In this document: positions 61,800-64,000 of the stretch, one piece after another
Layout: each line of letters starts with the position of its first letter
Numbering within the stretch: the stretch's first letter is position 1
Assembly (NCBI GenBank): GCA_951406725.2
Contig: OX597815.1
Location: 41,850,001 to 41,914,000 of the forward strand
From: Octopus vulgaris
Taxonomy: Eukaryota
Length of the DNA: 64,000 nt
Reading direction: 5' to 3'
Made by a program: the position numbers and the translations under genes
Notes under the pieces: generated by a model
Seen by the model: the letters and a program-made list of their open reading frames with translations, nothing else
What the model was told of the DNA's origin: nothing
Database searches by the model: none

Positions 61800-62250
61800 C
61801 CGTAACTTCCGCAAACTCTTTGGTACTTGCAAGCTCCGTTTAAACCACTGAAAAATAACTTCAGTTAAATCATGTGCATAGAAATGAATTCTCTGCATGT
61901 TTTACTTGAAGTTCTAAGGAGAAAAGGATAGGCATAATAGTTGAAGGTTCTGGAGCGGGGGTAATATAGATGACGAAAATAGGTTTCTGGGCTATTTAAT
62001 GCCAACCAGTCGAGTGATCTTTCTTCGAGAGTCTGCAGGTGTAGCGGTAGCACCGTCCCAGGGGTGGGAGCAGTACTCCAATGAGGGTTGATATCTGTTG
62101 GAGTTTGAAGTATTTTCCAGCTCTAAAGAGAAAGGCCAGTACTTCAGATCCAAACATATGTTAAAGATGTACGTTCGCCAGGAGAAATCTTCAATCATTT
62201 TGACGTTTACCATTTGGATGTCAAGATAGCTATAGTTGCGTGGTGCACTG
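61800..62250 (-). mobile_element. Old CR1/Jockey-like LINE C-terminal remnant
   Basis: PSLEYCSHPWDGA and PRSRT motifs on the minus strand. Confidence 0.55.
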
Positions 62251-63449
62251 TTTATTGGTAGTAAGGTGCAGTTATTTGTTGTTATTGTTTACATTTTACT
62301 GTCAAAGAAAACAAAACTAGCATAACTCTATAGGGGCGTTCAAAGTTTCTGTGCAGATTTAACATGAAGTGTCTTGGATACATGGGAATGGTTCATAGAT
62401 GCGATGTCAAGATAGCAGAAGTGTAGGACGTTGTTGTGAGAGACGGTCTATAAGAGGAAAAGTGTGGGAAGAAAAACCGGACCCCCAGCGGTGCTGTGGC
62501 TCAGAAAAGCAGTCAAAATCTCATATCTCAACCTACCAATTTGAATTAAAAAAAAAAAAAAAGACAACAGATAATGTAGACTTTAAAACCTTTGAAAAGA
62601 CAGGGCAGTCACGGCTGGAATAACTTTGATTACAGATTACCTTGATCAGAGATGACCCGGGGTTAATATACAACAAATTGTCATGTTCTTTCTCTACCAA
62701 ATTTTGTGAGGGGAAAGAGTAATTTATAATACATCTTTTTAGGCACTTTTCTGTTTGGCTACTTTTAATAGTTATCTAAGTCGGTAGGAAGAAACTTCCA
62801 AACGAAGGTTAGGGTCAATAAAAATTTAAGCATTTTACCGGTCCAATGAAAGATAACATCGTCATTAACAGGATTCAAATAGCAAGTCTACGGATTAATT
62901 TTCGCGCCAATTACTCTTACAGGACGTTTATGTTGTAAATAGTTTTTGACCGTAATGTTTGTTTCTAACTTTGGGTAAGGCTACAAATTTTGGAAGTGAG
63001 TACAATTTAATTTGCCACAACGAAGTTTTCAGATCCATTTCATAAAATGTAGCATCAAATTTTCAAAGGAAGCAGCCCAACATTAAAAAATATATAAATA
63101 AGGATTGCCTGTTGGGCCGTTCTAATTAATTAGTAATTTAGTATGATATTCAATAGGATACATATTTTTTAAAATTAAAATTTTAAGTTACAAATATCCA
63201 ACTTTGCTCAAGAAAAGCAGCTTAATCCGCTATTTACAGCTGAATCAAGCAACTCTGGCCACAGAATTTACTATCTCTAAAAGAATGAAAATAAAACCTG
63301 ATGAGAATAAAAGCACAGCAAGGCATTTCCTCCGGTGTTCCAGTATTTCTGCTATCCATCGCCCTGATGTCGGTTTGCATTTTTCCTTAATAATTACAGA
63401 AAGAACTACTATACTCTTATATATAGAAATATAGACTTTCTAGACTCGA

Positions 63450-63620
63450 AGCCAGAAATATGACAGTAAACGGTAGAACAGTCTACTATACCGATCCTTG
63501 TACTTGACTGACACTTTATTTTATTAACCACAAAAGATTGAAAGGAAAAGTTGATCTCGACAGGGTTTGAACTCGGAACGTAAAGAACCAGAGCAAATGC
63601 TGCAAAGTATAGTACTCTCC
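63450..63620 (-). mobile_element. Highly diverged group B SINE
   Basis: tgaaaggaaaagttgatctcgacagggtttgaactcggaacgta resembles the family central domain. Confidence 0.55.
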
Positions 63621-64000
63621 GACACACACACAGGTGAATGGACTAACGGAAGTAGTACTCAATACATTTAAACAAGAGTTATATTTTTTGTAACAACAGT
63701 TTGCTTCGGTTTGAATCAAACTGTTTATTTGATAGACAGAAATTTATAGGCAGCCTGTATATGAATGAGAACTACACAAAGAAAAATAATGCACATAGTA
63801 TAAAACACGTTGCTATATTATAAGTTTTTCTTGGTTTTATTTAGTCATCTACCCGACCACAAGCAACTTCTTGACAAGGGATACTGTTAATAGAAATACA
63901 TATTATATAGCATCATCCACGACAATTTAAAAAACAATTATTTGTATAGTTTGCATCCCAACCACATGGTACCTTGGGTGTCTTCTACTATAGTATCGGG

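Overview
AT-rich, repeat-dense eukaryotic DNA with no recognisable host protein-coding gene. The SINE repertoire and (TA)n/(CA)n density suggest an octopus/coleoid cephalopod genome (inference). Contents: four tRNA-headed SINE groups (about 35 copies or fragments); decayed LINEs (RTE, HERO-like RLE, Tx1/L1-like, CR1/Jockey-like); one CR1-type copy with an open 626-aa RT ORF; Tc1/mariner, pogo-like, Merlin-like, hAT-like and foldback MITEs; non-autonomous Helitrons; and a Penelope-like element (PLE) 3' end. Two signals stand out. (1) At least seven type I hammerhead-ribozyme-like motifs, several at the tip of long hairpins in 150-300 bp elements. Some of these elements have 12-15 bp target-site duplications (TSDs), self-complementary stem III and a recurrent CCGANGA core, suggesting a retrozyme/PLE-dependent class of small structured retroelements. 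(2) A 1.06-kb segment (52247-53310) recopied in inverted and circularly permuted order at 56878-57946, the pattern expected from reinsertion of an extrachromosomal circle. All alignments and folds were done by eye; coordinates of decayed repeats are approximate.
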